A DNA stretch of 63,104 bases, the filler included, from Collodictyon triciliatum (taxonomy: Eukaryota), in assembly GCA_043381765.1 (NCBI GenBank). It is 14 parts of 14 records of this genome, joined end to end, with 100 filler letters (N's around TTAATTAATTAA, not from the genome) between each part and the next. Parts side by side here need not be neighbours in the genome. Positions count along the whole stretch, not along the records: positions 55,292 to 59,894 come from JBHJMP010005928.1; positions 59,995 to 63,104 come from JBHJMP010006028.1; 12 more parts are not named here. The stretch is one strand, 5' to 3'. The position numbers and the translations under genes are program-made. Under the pieces are notes generated by a model. It saw only the letters and a list, made by a program, of their open reading frames with translations, was not told the DNA's origin and ran no database searches. Shown piece after piece: positions 58,391 through 63,104 of the stretch; positions within the stretch are counted from its first letter, which is position 1; the number at the start of each line of letters is the position of its first letter.

Positions 58391-59758
58391 ATGAATTGCT
58401 CCAACTGAGTTGATGATGCGATTGGGAGTGTGGCAATAACATCAGAAACTCATCACCAAGAAGAAGGCACCATTGGGCAACAGAGGAACAAAACGGACTT
58501 TGCTTTTAACATTGAGGAGCAGAGCACGTCCAGACATATTGAGAGAATCAAAAATGAAAAAACGAACACACCGATAAGCGAGACGCATCCCCACTATCCG
58601 GAATCATACCCCATCTAAAACTCAGTCAATGTGTGAGAGAGGCCTCTTCCATCTGGTTTAAGACAGTATTGAAAACTCTTCCCACAACGGTAATTTGTGT
58701 AATGTTTGTATGGTTGTATTACATCCCTGCGATTGTTCTACCGCCTAAAATGATTGATTCTATTAGAGACCTGTTGTATGATAAATTTTTATACTACATG
58801 AGTCACTGGCTCTATCGACCTGTTTATGGTTGATTGGGGTGCACATTTTCAGCTTGACAAAAGATGGCTCTGTCTCTGCACTTGGGAAGGGCCTGGCTGG
58901 GTTTTATCTGGTTGTGGTTTTATTACTTTTCAATTTAATCAACACTTATTTAAAATCGCCACTTATACACCAACTTGCCTTCCAATTCTTGATTTTCCCT
59001 GTTCTATTCCACGTGTCTAATTGGTACCAGGCTCTTGTCCTAGTGCATTTGTCGAAGGAACACATGGAGAAATGCCTCATTCAAAACAAGTGTTGCAACC
59101 ACTACATACAACTTATTGGCAGAATCTTGTGACAAATATATCAATCACTCATTCAACTTCACTTCAATTTATTATGGTCAACTTTGCTGGTTCTGTAATA
59201 GAATTTACGGCCACGGCCACTTTCAAACATCGCATGAAACTTTGTTTTCGCATCAAGAATGCCACTGAGTCTATGTATCGCCTTTGTCTATCAAAGATAA
59301 AAGGAAAAAATCATCTCGTTTTCCCTTTTGATTCAATGGAAAATAATCTCTTCACACTTCAGAACACTGCACACGTAAATGCGAGGCTACTGAATGAACA
59401 GGAGAACTATATACGCGATGCAATTACCATCAGAATGGACACTTTGTATGATGGTATTAGCTCTGAAATATTTTCACTCATCATAGTTCCCTTGCTCATG
59501 TATTTTTTGCACCCCTTGATTCCAAAAGCGTCACCATTCCAAACAATTGCCTCCATCCGGGAATGCTTTTACCAAATAGCAATTCAACTTTTATTTGAGT
59601 GTTTTGGTGATTTAGCCTCCCTGACCTTTGAACTATTCTGCGGCCATCTCAAACCAGAAAGAATCGACAACTGGAGGCCTTTCGGGGGTCATGTATACTT
59701 TTTCTGGTCCATCCTATGCGTAATCCAAACACAGCTCAATATTCTATACTATGCTTGA
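58391..59758 (+). pseudogene. Multi-pass membrane protein, frameshifted
   Basis: Four successive ORFs (58430, 58633, 58830, 59021), each shifted in frame from the last; the last three carry hydrophobic helices. No plausible intron restores the frame at ~58830. Confidence 0.5.
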
Positions 59759-60548
59759 GGGCGTATCTACTCAGTACATCTTTTTTCTTTTTCTTTTTTC
59801 TTTTTCTTTTTTCTTTTTCTTTTTTCTTTTTCTTTTTTCTTTTTCTTTTTTCTTTTTTCTTTTTCTTTTTTCTTTTTCTTTTTTCTTTTTCTTTNNNNNN
59901 NNNNNNNNNNNNNNNNNNNNNNNNNNNNNNNNNNNNNNTTAATTAATTAANNNNNNNNNNNNNNNNNNNNNNNNNNNNNNNNNNNNNNNNNNNNAGAACA
60001 AGAACAAGAACAAAAGCAAAAGCAAAAGCAAAAGCAAAAGCAAAATAAAGTATATAGTATAAAGAAAAGGAAAAATAAAACAGACATAAAAGTAATAATA
60101 AAAATAGTTTTACTTAAGAACTGAGAAATATGCAGCCGATACCTTTTTTTAATTTTTAAACGATTTGTCTCCGTTTCTTTATTTGATACACACATTGTTT
60201 GATATTAATATTCCTTACTACTCTGCTTCTATTAAAATCAATCGATATTGTAAGAAATGATTAATTAAAGCAGAAAACAATGTAAAATATACAAATATTA
60301 ATACTGTTCATCAGCCGTGAAATATAATGAGTTGAACAATTCTTATCGATTGCACATTTTGATTGATGACAATAACTGTTGGATTTAATGAAAAATAATT
60401 TTTGCAAACCAGGCCTATCAAATATACAGTTTACCAACAACAAAAAGGGACAACAAAATTCTGATAACAATACTAATTAGCCCCTTTAATCAATAGCAGA
60501 GGAAAGAGAAACCATTATTTTAATTTCTATTCATATCTTGACTAATAG

Positions 60549-61342
60549 GCAAATCTCAAGTTTTTGATCAATCTAATGCAAAAACCAGATGGCCATTCAC
60601 TTACTCCAGACACGCGCACCATAATTCTTATTACACCCCCACCAGTTGATGAAGACACCTTCCTTAAATCCCCAGGAAACTCGAAAAAGCCATTTTCTCG
60701 TAATTTGTTTAATACAGAAAGGTATATCAAGTATTGTTCCTTTTTTTTTTTTTTACTCCATAAAAGTACCATGCAAATTAATCTGCTTGTCGTGTTGCAA
60801 GTTTTCTGGATTTCCATTTGACTCGTCAAACTATTTATATCCAAGTTAATGTAACACCTTAGGTATGCCAACGCTTCTATCGAGGTCGCAAGACAAGAGA
60901 GCAGATTTAACCAAGTTCCTGTGTATTACATCGATATTTTTCATCACATATTGGACATGCCTGAGCCACTGAGTCAGTATCTGCACGATGGATTGTAAGA
61001 GTTGATTGTTTTTCCCTTAATATATCTCTAAATTATTACAGTGAAATCTTTGTCTAATATGGACTACCATATATGAAAAACAAACAAACAAACAAACAAA
61101 CAAACAAACAAACAAACAAATTACTCATACCCGATATATTCTTTTTCTCATTATTTATATATGTACCCTACGTAATTTACAGGCATTTTTCTGCTACTGG
61201 AAATCGTGCGTTAAGCGACAAAATACTGGAGGCATTATCAAATATTCCAGGGCTGAGGAAAGGCGATATCAAATACGACAATCCCCCATTTTCCATAGTG
61301 GACCATATCCATCCTGAAATGACGTTTCATATATCTACTTAA
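60549..61342 (+). CDS. IAH1: SGNH/GDSL esterase, IAH1-like (3' part)
   Basis: IILITPPPVDE; YANASIEVA; YLHDGL|HFSATGN (DxxH catalytic block). Confidence 0.88.
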
Positions 61343-61798
61343 CCCCATTTATTACCTTGATGCCCACAACTACTATCATTATTTTACCTTTTTTATTTCT
61401 TTTTTTAAAAAAAGAAATAAAAATAACAATCGAACTTACCTTCTAGGTTTAATTAATTCCCAAGATTCGAAATAAATTGTTTGGAATAAATTCAAGGTAT
61501 CCAATATTTAGACTTTATTATAATGACGATATTATCGCTGATATGGTAGTGTGATTGATAAATGTAATGGGCAAATCTCAATATTTTTCTTTTAGAAGAT
61601 TTTCTAAAAAGAGACCACTATTTTGATTCGGGACGATGCAATAGAATATAGGGTAATTTGGAAATAAACGAGTTAAAAAAAGAAGGGGCTGTGTTTTTTT
61701 TTTCTCCCATTGAATGAATGAATGAATGAATCATAAGCATGGCCTGATTAAGATGTTTCAAAATGATGAGGAAAGTAAATCCATTTCTATTGGCCGAA

Positions 61799-62918
61799 TC
61801 ACGCAGAGATAAACTTCGTGTAGAAGAATACGGATATCTAGATAAAACAGTTTTTATCATATCATTCTTTCTCCTTACCCAAAACAGTATAGAAAAAAGG
61901 ATACTTTTTAACTCTCAAAAATAATTGTAAACTACAGAATTATCGAGATGTACTCAGGTCATAAGTAGAAAAAGTTTACTTGATTTTTTTTTTAAAAAAA
62001 AATAAAGAGCTTAATACCTCCTTATAATCAAATAAAGGGGAGGGAAAAAAAAAAAAAAAAAGAAAGAAAGAGTCTAATACCTCAGATGCGTCCAAGAAAC
62101 AAGTCAATGGGCTTTGGCCAAACACGTGATGAGCGTCCTTGTGGTAAAACAATAAACCTTGCGGGCAAGAGTCCAATGCTTCAGACACATGGTCTGGAGT
62201 GGCCGGATACATGTCGATGAGCTGGAAGGGAATACTGTTGTAATGGGAGACCCGAAATATTTCTGCCTCCATCACTTTTTCCCGCATCCAAAAGAATCTA
62301 TCCAGTTGACGTATATTTTTTTTTTTAAAAAATATTAAACATGAGAGCACTGAGGAAGTAAGGTTGCTTTTGTGGGTTAAAAACATAATGCTTTACCAAA
62401 GCAACCACTGCTTTTCTTTTTTCTTTATAACTTTTGTACTAAAAATACGGCGAATGAAACTTGTAATTTACAATTGGATAACTAAATATGAGCTTAATGC
62501 TGAAAAAAACGAATGGGGCACCGGAATGAAGCCTCCGTATTGTAATAAGAGATTCCCTTCCAACACAAGACGTCTAATAAATAGAACGTCTTTCGGTGCG
62601 TGCTGTAAAGACAATCTACGATACAGTGTTCTCCATTTCTCTTCAATCTACATGTAATTATGCTGTAAAATACAAAAAAGTTTTTTATTTTTATTTTTGT
62701 TTCGCTCATATAAAGGGGCAGTGTCAACCAAGAGGTAAAAATATATAAAGCTTAAGACATTTAATGCTTATTGTGCGAGCGCACAGAACCTTGGATTTCC
62801 ATCAGGTAGATTCGAATCAAACACACAAAACACATTCCCATCAATTGTCCTTGCAACCGTCTTTCCATTGCACGATATAACAAGGCAGCGTTGCGATATG
62901 GGAACTGGGATGACAAAC
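61799..62918 (-). CDS. SNUPN: Snurportin-1 (3' part)
   Basis: FVIPVPISQRCLVISCNGKTVAR; CIVDCLY..TFYLLDVLCWKG..TEASFRFFW; GLLFYHKDAH..GQSPL. The last exon is uncertain. Confidence 0.9.
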
Positions 62919-63104
62919 CTTCAGGGAAATATGTAAAAACAAGATCAATAATATAATTTTGACTTATTTCAATATAATGAAATATAAAAAGATGATGCTA
63001 GAACATAATTATCATTACTCTTTTTTTTTTTTTTAAAAAAAAAAAAACAACCAACAAAAAAAACAAAACAAAAAAAAAATTTTTTTAAATACTTTCTAAT
63101 TGCA

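Overview
This is eukaryotic, AT-rich, very intron-dense DNA, probably from a protist; the lineage cannot be fixed from the sequence. It is not one locus: 14 unrelated contigs, mostly about 4.6 kb and length-sorted, are joined by 13 artificial 100-nt spacers (N44-TTAATTAATTAA-N44), and most contigs break at microsatellites. Apparently intact, mostly partial spliced genes: TTLL5/4-like polyglutamylase, a myosin motor, RAB3GAP2, NSUN5, a RasGEF, TBCD, a TRAFD1/XAF1-like protein, a FAM13-like protein, NMNAT, an LRR-Roc-COR-PH Roco protein, IAH1-like SGNH esterase and snurportin-1. Highlights: (1) a near-full-length decayed Fanzor1 (TnpB-derived RNA-guided nuclease) at ~6455-8330, followed by a hairpin-rich candidate omegaRNA/right end with possible Helitron-like termini; (2) a kinase-less Roco gene with four consecutive 69-nt phase-0 LRR exons, a 2445-nt intron-free Roc-COR exon and a C-terminal PH domain; (3) pseudogene-dense contigs largely missed by the ORF track (Rpn7/PSMD6 plus Kelch; WD40-like, argininosuccinate synthase, MATE and a LINE). 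All family calls come from manual translation and motif recognition; no searches were run.
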